Below, piece by piece: positions 41,269 to 49,987 of a stretch of 64,000 bases of DNA. The stretch lies in the NCBI GenBank assembly GCA_026416115.1, contig JAOAFU010000080.1:15899-79898 (forward strand), written 5' to 3'. Numbering within the stretch: position 1 is the stretch's first letter; every line of letters begins with the position of its first letter. Made by a program: the position numbers and the translations under genes. The notes beneath the pieces were generated by a model. It saw only the letters and a program-made list of their open reading frames with translations, did not search any database and had not been told where the DNA came from. Source of the DNA: Bacteroidales bacterium. GTDB taxonomy: Bacteria; Bacteroidota; Bacteroidia; Bacteroidales; DTGW01.

Positions 41269-41997
41269 TTAATATTTAAATACTTCATGAAGCACCGACA
41301 GGCTTTTTATAGAGGCAAATTCGTGAAGATGTATTTGCAAATAATCGATTATTTTATTAATTAAAAAGGTCCGTTCGTTTGAGTTAAGCTGAACATTCCC
41401 CATATTCGAAAAGTCGCTTCGAAGCAAATGGAAGAACTTTAAGGATAAGGATTCGTCCATATCGTCGATCCGAACATGACTTGCCGGCAAAAACCGAGCT
41501 GCACTTATGCTGAAAATTTTGTTCTCGTCGGAGAAGTTTTGGGTGGGAGAAATACCTTCATATTTCAATAACTGGATGAGGAAAATCAGATGAAAGTTGT
41601 GATAATCTCTCTCTGTTTTATCGTATAGAATCATGGCATTATGTACGAACGAAAAAAGTTCGGGATTAAAATGTTCGGTCTGTACTAAACGATAAAGCAC
41701 TTCGGCAAGGAAAAAAGTTACAGCCGATTTAATCGGGTTGGTATGTATAGTTTCGTAAATGGGATTAAGGTTGGCTTCCTTAATTTTTTGCAAAGAGACG
41801 TTTGGGCGAAAGTATGCTTCAATATCCAATAAGCTAAGGGGAAAAAAAAGATTAGGGCGGAAGGCCGATTTTTTCGAACGAGCACCTTTAATAATAAAGG
41901 CTTGTCGTCCAAATTGTTCTGTAATCAAGTGGACGATCAGGCTAGTGTCGCCATAGCGTATGGAATGTAATACAATGGCGCGTGACTTGTACAGCAT
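41269..41997 (-). CDS. recO: DNA repair protein RecO
   Basis: N-terminal OB-fold pattern MLYKSRAIVLHSIRYGDTSLIVHLITEQFGRQAFIIKGARSKKS. Length ~240 aa. Confidence 0.8.
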   Translation of the reverse strand: MLYKSRAIVLHSIRYGDTSLIVHLITEQFGRQAFIIKGARSKKSAFRPNLFFPLSLLDIEAYFRPNVSLQKIKEANLNPIYETIHTNPIKSAVTFFLAEVLYRLVQTEHFNPELFSFVHNAMILYDKTERDYHNFHLIFLIQLLKYEGISPTQNFSDENKIFSISAARFLPASHVRIDDMDESLSLKFFHLLRSDFSNMGNVQLNSNERTFLINKIIDYLQIHLHEFASIKSLSVLHEVFKY

Positions 41998-42017
41998 GAT
42001 TCAGTTGAAATAGCAGA

Positions 42018-42416
42018 CTATTGTTTACGAGTTGCCAGAATAACCTTAATTTTTAATTTGTTACCTAAATCAATCACATCTACCACAGGTTGAAGTGTAA
42101 TCTCGTTGTCGGCACGCAGGATAACAGTGGTTTCCTGGGCTTTTCGCATGGCCATTTTGAGTCGGAATTCCAACTTATCGGGAGAAATTTGTTCGTCGTT
42201 GAGGTAATACTTCAGGTCTTTAGTAATGGTAAGATTAATGGTTTGTTTTGAAACAGTTTGTTCGGAATGCTCGGCTTTAGGAAGAAGCAATTTAATGACC
42301 GATGGGTTTACCATGGTTGATACAATAAGAAAAAAAAGCAGCAGAAAGAACATGATGTCGTTGAGCGAGGCAACGTACACTTCGGATGTTCGGGATTTTC
42401 TGCGTTGTATCTTCAT
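42018..42416 (-). CDS. exbD: Biopolymer transport protein ExbD/TolR
   Basis: Single TM after a basic N-terminus (SLNDIMFFLLLFFLIVSTM) and a periplasmic domain with ILRADNEITLQPVVDVIDL. The likely ATG at 42416 is 2 nt after the exbB stop; the track ORF starts at 42434. Confidence 0.8.
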   Translation of the reverse strand: MKIQRRKSRTSEVYVASLNDIMFFLLLFFLIVSTMVNPSVIKLLLPKAEHSEQTVSKQTINLTITKDLKYYLNDEQISPDKLEFRLKMAMRKAQETTVILRADNEITLQPVVDVIDLGNKLKIKVILATRKQ

Positions 42417-42418
42417 AG

Positions 42419-43087
42419 CTAGCAGTTGAGGCAATTTTTATAATCTTTCAGCGCAATCAGTACCCTATTAACCTGAATTTCCATTCGGTTTACAATATCG
42501 TCGATTTGGGTATTAAGATAGTAAAAACCCGCATAGGCCAGTATTCCGATGGTTAATCCTACTGCCGAGCTAACCATTTTCTGATAAAGACCACTTGCAA
42601 TTATGCCAATACTGATGTTGTCGGCCAGTGAAATGTTGTAAAAAATTTTAATTACACCAAAAATGGTTCCTAAAAAACCAAACATAGGAGCAATAGTTGC
42701 AATGGATCCAATATAACCAAGGTTTTTTTCCATTTGAACGACTTCGGCTTTAGCATGGTCGGCCATTATTTGTTCAATATCAGCAATGGGTCGATTGGGA
42801 TTTTCGAGTCCTTTTGCAAGGATTCGTCCTACGGGATGATGATAATTTTTGGCCAGCTGTTGCACTTTCTGGAAATTTCCTGCATGAATAGCCTTGCAAA
42901 TTTCGTCTATTATCGAGACATCGATCCGACGATAAGAACGATAGAGGGTGAATCGCTCTATAATGAAGTAAATAGCCACAATCGACAGGAGAAAAAGAGG
43001 AATAAGAATCCATCCTCCTTTCAGCAGGATATCCAAAGCCGATTCGGTTTTGGTAATTTGAACTGTAGTAGCCTGAAGTAGTAACAT
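42419..43087 (-). CDS. exbB: MotA/TolQ/ExbB proton-channel protein
   Basis: Three TM segments and the conserved IGSIATIAPMFGFLGTIFGVI segment typical of ExbB/TolQ. Confidence 0.85.
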   Translation of the reverse strand: MLLLQATTVQITKTESALDILLKGGWILIPLFLLSIVAIYFIIERFTLYRSYRRIDVSIIDEICKAIHAGNFQKVQQLAKNYHHPVGRILAKGLENPNRPIADIEQIMADHAKAEVVQMEKNLGYIGSIATIAPMFGFLGTIFGVIKIFYNISLADNISIGIIASGLYQKMVSSAVGLTIGILAYAGFYYLNTQIDDIVNRMEIQVNRVLIALKDYKNCLNC

Positions 43088-43089
43088 AA

Positions 43090-44073
43090 TCAGGGATTAT
43101 TAGTTAGTATTTCGTTCCAAACCAAAGCTCCTGCCCCCATAACAGCCGCATTCACTTCGGTCATTTCCGACAGCAAGATTTGAATTTTATTTCGATATAC
43201 GGGCAATAGGCTTTCTTCGAAATATTTACGAGTAGGATTCAAAATCAGCTCGCCGGCCTTTGCTAATCCACCAAAAAGAAAAATGGCTTCGGGACTGGTA
43301 AAGGCGACAGCGTCGGCCAATTTTTGACCAAGAATTTTAGCTGTAAAATCGAAGGCTTTTAAAGCAATTGTATCGCCTTGCTGAGCATTTTTAGCAATGA
43401 TTTCGGCCGTTAACTCATTGAAAGTAATATTGCGTAGAGGACTATCGTCCATAGAACTGGCAAGTAATTCGAAAACTGTACGTTTTATTCCCGTTGCAGA
43501 TACATATGTTTCCAAACAACCTTTACGTCCACAACCACAGGTTCGACCTTCGGGGTAAACGGTTATATGCCCCAGCTCGCCAGCAAAACCATCGTGTCCA
43601 TAAATGAGATGACCATTGGAAACTATGCCGCTACCCAAACCTGTACCCAAGGTGATGACAATAAAATCGCGCATTTTTTTTGCACCTCCATATACCATCT
43701 CGCCTATGGCTGCTGCGTTGGCATCGTTGGTAAGCACTACCGGAAGTGAAAAGTGTTTGCGGAATAAGTCGGCCAACGGAACAATACCTTTCCACTTTAA
43801 ATTTGCAGCATGTTCAATGGTGCCTTTATAATAATTACCATTGGGAACTCCTATCCCTAAGCCACAAATCTCAAGCTCTGGAAAGTTGTTAATAACCGAT
43901 TTAATCTTTGATGATAAATTTTCTACATAATTTTCAACATGCTCAACCTCTTCAGACTGGGTGGGAACACTTCCTTCAAAATAGCAATTTCCTTCCTTAT
44001 CAACTATCCCAAACTTAGTAAATGTGCCACCAATGTCAATTCCTACTACTGCTTTTTTCATTCGTTCAATCAT
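43090..44073 (-). CDS. ROK family glucokinase
   Basis: Motifs GIDIGGT, the ROK signature region NDANAAAIGE, and the zinc motif GHDGFAGELGH...CGCGRKGCLE. Confidence 0.85.
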   Translation of the reverse strand: MIERMKKAVVGIDIGGTFTKFGIVDKEGNCYFEGSVPTQSEEVEHVENYVENLSSKIKSVINNFPELEICGLGIGVPNGNYYKGTIEHAANLKWKGIVPLADLFRKHFSLPVVLTNDANAAAIGEMVYGGAKKMRDFIVITLGTGLGSGIVSNGHLIYGHDGFAGELGHITVYPEGRTCGCGRKGCLETYVSATGIKRTVFELLASSMDDSPLRNITFNELTAEIIAKNAQQGDTIALKAFDFTAKILGQKLADAVAFTSPEAIFLFGGLAKAGELILNPTRKYFEESLLPVYRNKIQILLSEMTEVNAAVMGAGALVWNEILTNNP

Positions 44074-44384
44074 TTAGCTTCGACGACAAAAGTAACTAAT
44101 TTTCTTTTACCCCCTTTCGCTCGCAATTAAAAAATAAATACCATTTAGATACTGCATGTACATCATTATGCTCTCTGTGATTTTTAGAGCGCTCTGAAAA
44201 TTAGATACATAATCATTTATTTTGTTAGATTGAAATTTTGAATCGCCAAAAAACAAAATATTATATCACCCATTTTGAGGTAGTTGTCCATGTTGGTTAG
44301 ATAAAAAATTTGTACATCAATTTTTTTGTTAAAAATCTGGCAATTGTCTATCGAATCATTTTAACATTACAAAAAAATTTTTCG

Positions 44385-46190
44385 ATGAGTATTTTTACCA
44401 GCCTTGGGGTAGTATTAGTTGCTTTTCAATCCTTTGTGGCAGCTCCCAAGTCGTTGATGAACATTAAGCTAGACGAAGCAACCCGCACAATTAACGTTAA
44501 GAATCAATCGTCGGGCGGTAATGTATATATTATTACCTATGGCGATGGTAAAGAAGAAAAAAGCACTACAGCGGTTGACTATGTACATACTTATGCACAG
44601 CCTGGGATTTATCAGGTTTGTATGATCACACAGCTCATAACCTCAACGTCTGATAAACCGCTTGCCGATACTTTGTGCGAGACCGTTGAGATACCCGACA
44701 TTTCGTGCAAAGCTAATTTTTCAATAACCGCACAAGGCATGAGCATTGAAATGATCGATCAGTCGACAGGTAATTACCAAAAGACTTACTGGTACTTAGG
44801 CGATTTAAAGCAATGGGTCAATGAAAGCAAAGTTAGCTACCAAGTTAGTAAGCCAGGTTATTATAACGTTAGATTAAAAATTGAAGGAAAATATTGTACC
44901 AGTGAAAAAGATACGCTGGTTCTTTTACGATCCGACCCTCAGGCTTGTATAGCTAGTTTTTCGTATACATTGGCTGGCACGTTGACCTATAATTTTCACA
45001 ATAATTCCGTAGGACAGTGGACTCATCTTCAATGGGATTTTGGAGATGGTTCTTTTTCCAACGAATTAAATCCTACTCATGTTTATCCACATGGGGGAAA
45101 TTTTAAGGTTAGGTTAACTTTACTGGATAATTCACGTAACCAAATTTCCGAACAGGTAGCTCATATTAAAGTAGAAAAAGAATCTTTACAATATTTTCCT
45201 GATTTTGAGGCCATTACATATCCTGATACCAATTTAGTTGAATTTATTAATACTTCGCTATCAACTTCATCCAGCAGTTATATTTGGACCTTTGGAGATG
45301 GCTCTGTTAGCGTCGATTCTGCGCCATCACATTTGTACTCTACCATTGGGCAATATCGTGTATGTCTGACTCAACAAATCAAAACCAAAAGATATACGAC
45401 TTGTAAAGAAATCACTGTGGGTACTGGAAATGTTCCTTTATCGTTTAATTTTTTAATACTAGGTAAAAGACAAGTTGTTTTCAATCCAAACTGGGCAGTT
45501 GTCCCCGATTTTGTTGAGTGGAATTTTGGTGATGGGGCTTTATCAACAGATGTTATGCCTATTCATACATATACAAGCGATAGCGTGTATCTAGTTATAC
45601 TTAGAGCAAGGTGGGGAACACAAACAGAAGAGGTGGGCCAAATTGTCAATTTAACTTCAAAACCAGAAAAATTAAATGCCCGTTTTTTCATTCAGATGAG
45701 TAAGAATAAATCAACCAACAAACGTGTGCGCTATCGGGGTTCTTTATCGGGCGATGTATCACGAGTTAGGTTCGAGTGGAGTTTTGGGAATAATACTGCC
45801 GATTCTTTGAGCCTCGACCCAACCACCAACTATTCGAACGATAGTATTTACACAGTTTGCCTGAAAGTTTTTAATGACCTGACAAATGACTCAGATCGAT
45901 TCTGTCAACAAGTGAGAATTGGTGAAACTGTTGTTAAAAATTCTACGCTCGGATCGTTTTTAACTACAACTCAGCACAATGGAGAGGTAAGCCTTCGCTG
46001 TAATTTTTTAGGTCCGGATTTTGTTCGAATAGAACTTTTTGATGTTGCAGGAAGGAAGGTACGAAATATTTATACGGGTCGGGTTATTTCTGGGGAGCAA
46101 ACATTCAAGTTCAAATGTATTAGAGGTATATACATCATCAGGCTAATAGGAAATACATATCAGACCTCTGAGAAGTTAGTAGTTTATTAA
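44385..46190 (+). CDS. Secreted multi-PKD-domain protein with a T9SS C-terminal sorting domain
   Basis: Signal peptide at ATG 44385 (MSIFTSLGVVLVAFQSFVAAP). About 5-6 PKD-like repeats are marked by (W/Y/F)xFGDG...H.Y...G.Y.V.L. The C-terminal ~80 aa ending GIYIIRLIGNTYQTSEKLVVY is typical of a type A Por secretion tail. Confidence 0.8.
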   Translation: MSIFTSLGVVLVAFQSFVAAPKSLMNIKLDEATRTINVKNQSSGGNVYIITYGDGKEEKSTTAVDYVHTYAQPGIYQVCMITQLITSTSDKPLADTLCETVEIPDISCKANFSITAQGMSIEMIDQSTGNYQKTYWYLGDLKQWVNESKVSYQVSKPGYYNVRLKIEGKYCTSEKDTLVLLRSDPQACIASFSYTLAGTLTYNFHNNSVGQWTHLQWDFGDGSFSNELNPTHVYPHGGNFKVRLTLLDNSRNQISEQVAHIKVEKESLQYFPDFEAITYPDTNLVEFINTSLSTSSSSYIWTFGDGSVSVDSAPSHLYSTIGQYRVCLTQQIKTKRYTTCKEITVGTGNVPLSFNFLILGKRQVVFNPNWAVVPDFVEWNFGDGALSTDVMPIHTYTSDSVYLVILRARWGTQTEEVGQIVNLTSKPEKLNARFFIQMSKNKSTNKRVRYRGSLSGDVSRVRFEWSFGNNTADSLSLDPTTNYSNDSIYTVCLKVFNDLTNDSDRFCQQVRIGETVVKNSTLGSFLTTTQHNGEVSLRCNFLGPDFVRIELFDVAGRKVRNIYTGRVISGEQTFKFKCIRGIYIIRLIGNTYQTSEKLVVY

Positions 46191-46191
46191 G

Positions 46192-47478
46192 ATGAAGGGA
46201 TTATCATTAGTGATATTTTTTCATACGGTGGCCATGCTTTCGATAGCCCTGCCATCAAATCCTTTTTCTGCCCTTACCTTACCCGATAGTCTTAAAGCAA
46301 AGCTTAATAGGGCAGAAGACGAAAAACAAAAAATAGATATTTTTAATGATGTATGTTATTATTTTTCCGACAAGACACCGCAACAGATTATTCCTATTGC
46401 TCAAAAAATAGTTTTCTGGGCCGATTCGGTCGATTATAAGAAAGGTTTGTTTGATGCTACGCTTAATTTAGGCATACTTTTCTTCAACACTTCGCAGTAC
46501 ACTCAGGCATTAGCATGTTATAAAGAATGCCTTGAATTAGCCGAAGATATGGATGATACCGGACGTAAAGCTGCCACAATAAGTAATATGGGTTTGGTAT
46601 TTACAAGCTTATCACAGTATCAGAAAGCTATTGATTATCAGCACAAGGCATTGAAGATTCGCGAGCGACGAAAGGATACTTTGGCAATAGCTCTTTCGCT
46701 TAATAATCTTGGAATGACCTATCATACCAAAGGAGACTGGAATGTAGCTTTACATTATTATAGGCAAGCCATCCATTTGCTCGAGGGCACTCCTTATAAG
46801 AATACGCTGGCCAATACATACAACAACTTAGGGCAACTTTTTTTTACCTGTTATAACGATACTGCAACCTGGGCGGCTGATAGTGCCGAGTATTATTATA
46901 TGAAAGCTTACACTCGCTTTTCGGTCGACGATAACCGCTTGGGTGTGATTCGCACTTTAATTAATTTAGGGAATACTTATTCTATTACAGGAAGTAGAGA
47001 AAGAGCAGTTGATGCTTATCGGGCAGCATTAAATTTACAGCGACAGAGTGGCGATTCATCTGGAATTGCCTTAACTCTCTTTAACATGGGCATTCTTTTC
47101 GATGAAATGGGCGATTCTAAACGTGGAAAAGAATATTTATTAGAAAGCTTGCGAATAGCTAAAAATTATAATTTGGCCGAACTCTCCCGTGATATTTACC
47201 AGCAGCTTTTTCATATGAATGAAAAAAATCAAAACCTCAGCGAGGCTGTCCTATATGCATCGAAATTCTTTGCTATAAACGATAGCCTTAACGAAATGTC
47301 GAAAAAGCTATTAATCGAGCAGTTTAAAGGTAAGTATAACTTTCAGGAAGTCGAAAATGCTTTATTGTCGTCTCAGTTAATTAGGTGGAAACAAATTGGT
47401 TGGGCGACAACAGGATTAATTATTGTAATTTTATCGGGATTTATAATTTACAAATTAAGAAGTCGAAAAAGTGCATAA
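46192..47478 (+). CDS. TPR-repeat protein with a signal peptide, a single C-terminal TM anchor and no output domain
   Basis: Repeated TPR consensus (NLG..Y...G....A...Y..AL) about 7 times, then a coiled coil, the TM segment GWATTGLIIVILSGFIIY and a 9-aa tail. It starts 1 nt after the PKD gene stop. Confidence 0.75.
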   Translation: MKGLSLVIFFHTVAMLSIALPSNPFSALTLPDSLKAKLNRAEDEKQKIDIFNDVCYYFSDKTPQQIIPIAQKIVFWADSVDYKKGLFDATLNLGILFFNTSQYTQALACYKECLELAEDMDDTGRKAATISNMGLVFTSLSQYQKAIDYQHKALKIRERRKDTLAIALSLNNLGMTYHTKGDWNVALHYYRQAIHLLEGTPYKNTLANTYNNLGQLFFTCYNDTATWAADSAEYYYMKAYTRFSVDDNRLGVIRTLINLGNTYSITGSRERAVDAYRAALNLQRQSGDSSGIALTLFNMGILFDEMGDSKRGKEYLLESLRIAKNYNLAELSRDIYQQLFHMNEKNQNLSEAVLYASKFFAINDSLNEMSKKLLIEQFKGKYNFQEVENALLSSQLIRWKQIGWATTGLIIVILSGFIIYKLRSRKSA

Positions 47479-47678
47479 TTTTCAACATATTACCAAGCAA
47501 TACTTCTAAATTTCCTTTTTCCAGTATTTTCTTTCATACAAAATCTCAAGCTCAAAATTTTAATTAACTTTTAGAACTATTGATATTGGGCTTAAGTTTT
47601 ATTTTTTATTATTAATAGATATGGTCTGAAAGTTAAAAATTTATTTTCTTTGTTGTTTCTTTTAAAAAATGTTTAGGT

Positions 47679-48035
47679 ATGAAAAAGATAGAAGCAATCG
47701 TTCGTAAGTCACGTTTTGAAGCAGTAAAGAAAGCACTGCATGAAATAGATATCCACTTCTTTACCTATTGGGATGTAACAGGTGTTGGTAAAGAACGGGA
47801 AGATTTTGTGCTACGCGGAGCAGTAGTCGAAGCCAATACTATCGAACGGGTGATGCTCTCAATTGTGGTCAGAGATCATAATGTAGACAAGACTGTTGAA
47901 GCAATTCTTAAAGCTGCTAAGACTGGTAAAATTGGCGACGGTAAGATTTTTATTTCAAACGTCGACGAAGTAATTCGTATTCGTACTGGCGAGCGTGGTC
48001 CCGAAGCTCTTTACCTAAAGGGAGAGGAAGAATAA
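47679..48035 (+). CDS. P-II family signal-transduction protein (GlnB/GlnK-like)
   Basis: MKKIEAIVRKSRFEAVKKAL..., a T-loop region GVGKEREDFVLRGA, and the C-terminal signature TGKIGDGKIFISNVDEVIRIRTGERG. Confidence 0.9.
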   Translation: MKKIEAIVRKSRFEAVKKALHEIDIHFFTYWDVTGVGKEREDFVLRGAVVEANTIERVMLSIVVRDHNVDKTVEAILKAAKTGKIGDGKIFISNVDEVIRIRTGERGPEALYLKGEEE

Positions 48036-48126
48036 TTTAGTTTTATATTTACCGAAACAATTTTTTTTTATAAATCTTAGCCGACAAATTTGTTTCGGTG
48101 TTGTTTATTATTCAAAAAGTTCGGCC

Positions 48127-49932
48127 ATGAATTCATTGCCGCTTATCATTATTGGATTGGCAGTATTAGCATTGGCCTATCGGTTTTATTATGGCTTTAT
48201 AGCTGCCAAAGTTTTAACATTGAACGATATACAGTCAACTCCCTCTTATCGTTTAAGAGACAATCATAACTTTGTTCCTACTCATAAGTGGGTTTTGTTT
48301 GGGCATCATTTTGCAGCAATTGCGGGTGCAGGGCCCTTGGTAGGTCCAGTATTAGCTACACAATTTGGTTATTTTCCAGGTTTTGCATGGATAATATTGG
48401 GTGCAGTTCTTGCCGGAGCCGTTCACGATATAGTAATTCTTACTGCCTCAACGCGTTTCGATGCTCGTTCATTGGCCGAAATTACAACTAAGGAAATTGG
48501 CGTCAGGAGTGGTTTTGTTGTTTCGGTTGCTATTTTTATCATCATCATTATTGCATTAGCAGGCTTGGGTCTTGTTGTTGTAAATGCATTGGCCGAAAGT
48601 GCCTGGGGAACTTTTACCATAGCTGCAACTATACCCATTGCCATTGTAATGGGTTTGTGGATGTTTTTTGCCAAAAAACATTCTATTACTACTGCTACTG
48701 TTTTTGGAGTTTTTATGCTTACCTTGGCTGTGATTTTAGGCAAGCATGTACCCGAATCGGCATTTGGCAGCTATTTTTTGTACGATAAAAAAACTCTGAC
48801 TTTATTGTTAGCAGGATATGGCTTTCTAGCGTCGGTTTTGCCCGTTTGGTTACTTCTTACTCCACGCGACTATCTTAGCTCTATAATGAAATTAGGAGTA
48901 GTTGCTTTACTTGGACTGGGAATTATTATTGTGGCACCCGATTTAAAAATGCCTGCCTTCACCCAATTTGTGGAAGGTAATGGGCCTATAATATCTGGAA
49001 ACTTGTATCCTTATCTTTTTATTACCATCGCTTGTGGAGCGATTTCAGGATTTCATTCCTTGGTTAGTTCGGGCACTACCCCTAAAATGTTGATGAAAGA
49101 ATCGCACATTAAGCCAATTGCAGCTGGTGCCATGCTTTCAGAGGCATTCGTTAGTTTGCTTGCCCTAATTGCTGCAGCTAGTCTTTATCCGCTCGATTAC
49201 TTTATAATAAACGTTACACCCGAAAAGCTTCAACAAATTCTTCCCACACTGCAAGCCATGGGCTTTACACATTCCGAAATTAACGAACTTTCAAGAGAGG
49301 TAGGTGAAAATTTGGCCGGTAGAACTGGTGGTGCTGTTTCACTGGCCGTTGGTATGGCTCAGATCTTTTCGTCGATTCCTGGTATGAAATCCTTGATGCA
49401 GTATTGGTATCATTTTGCAATCATGTTCGAAGCTTTGTTTATTCTAACTACCATCGATGCTGGAACTCGTATAGCTCGTTTTATAACACAGGATATGTTG
49501 GGACATCTTTACAAACCACTCTCGCAACCCAAGAATGTGTTTAGTAATGTATTGGTTAGTGCTTTTGTAGTATTTTGCTGGGGTTACTTTATCTATACAG
49601 GCACGGTATCAAGTATTTGGCCCATGTTTGGTTCGGCAAACCAGATGTTGGCTGCAATAGCCTTAATTGTGGGCACCTCGTATCTTATTAACAGTGGAAA
49701 GGCAAAATATGCATGGGTTACACTAATCCCTATGACTTTTGTTGCAATTACGACACTCACTAGTGGGATACTGAATCTTAAAAATTTATTTTTTCCTTTA
49801 ATTTTTAATCAAACCAACATAGGACAAGGTATTGTCAATTCGTTGCTTACAATAATTATAATGTTTGCAGTTGTGGTATTACTTATCGACGCTGTACCAA
49901 AATGGTATAAGGTTTATAAAAAAATGGTCTGA
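48127..49932 (+). CDS. cstA: Carbon starvation protein A (CstA family peptide/pyruvate transporter)
   Basis: Strong by-eye identity to E. coli CstA blocks: VLFGHHFAAIAGAGPLVGPVLA, LPVWLLLTPRDYLS, FITIACGAISGFHSLVSSGTTPKM and WYHFAIMFEALFILTTIDAGTRIARF. Confidence 0.93.
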   Translation: MNSLPLIIIGLAVLALAYRFYYGFIAAKVLTLNDIQSTPSYRLRDNHNFVPTHKWVLFGHHFAAIAGAGPLVGPVLATQFGYFPGFAWIILGAVLAGAVHDIVILTASTRFDARSLAEITTKEIGVRSGFVVSVAIFIIIIIALAGLGLVVVNALAESAWGTFTIAATIPIAIVMGLWMFFAKKHSITTATVFGVFMLTLAVILGKHVPESAFGSYFLYDKKTLTLLLAGYGFLASVLPVWLLLTPRDYLSSIMKLGVVALLGLGIIIVAPDLKMPAFTQFVEGNGPIISGNLYPYLFITIACGAISGFHSLVSSGTTPKMLMKESHIKPIAAGAMLSEAFVSLLALIAAASLYPLDYFIINVTPEKLQQILPTLQAMGFTHSEINELSREVGENLAGRTGGAVSLAVGMAQIFSSIPGMKSLMQYWYHFAIMFEALFILTTIDAGTRIARFITQDMLGHLYKPLSQPKNVFSNVLVSAFVVFCWGYFIYTGTVSSIWPMFGSANQMLAAIALIVGTSYLINSGKAKYAWVTLIPMTFVAITTLTSGILNLKNLFFPLIFNQTNIGQGIVNSLLTIIIMFAVVVLLIDAVPKWYKVYKKMV

Positions 49933-49987
49933 TTTTTGGTATTTGCCCCTTCATTGAGTATTTTTACCACAATTAACCCCTTAAAAC

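Noticed and set aside
44186-44195. Perfect 10-bp palindrome AGAGCGCTCT upstream of the PKD gene
   Set aside because: It is a single isolated palindrome with no second copy or flanking symmetry, which is within chance expectation for a 300-bp spacer.
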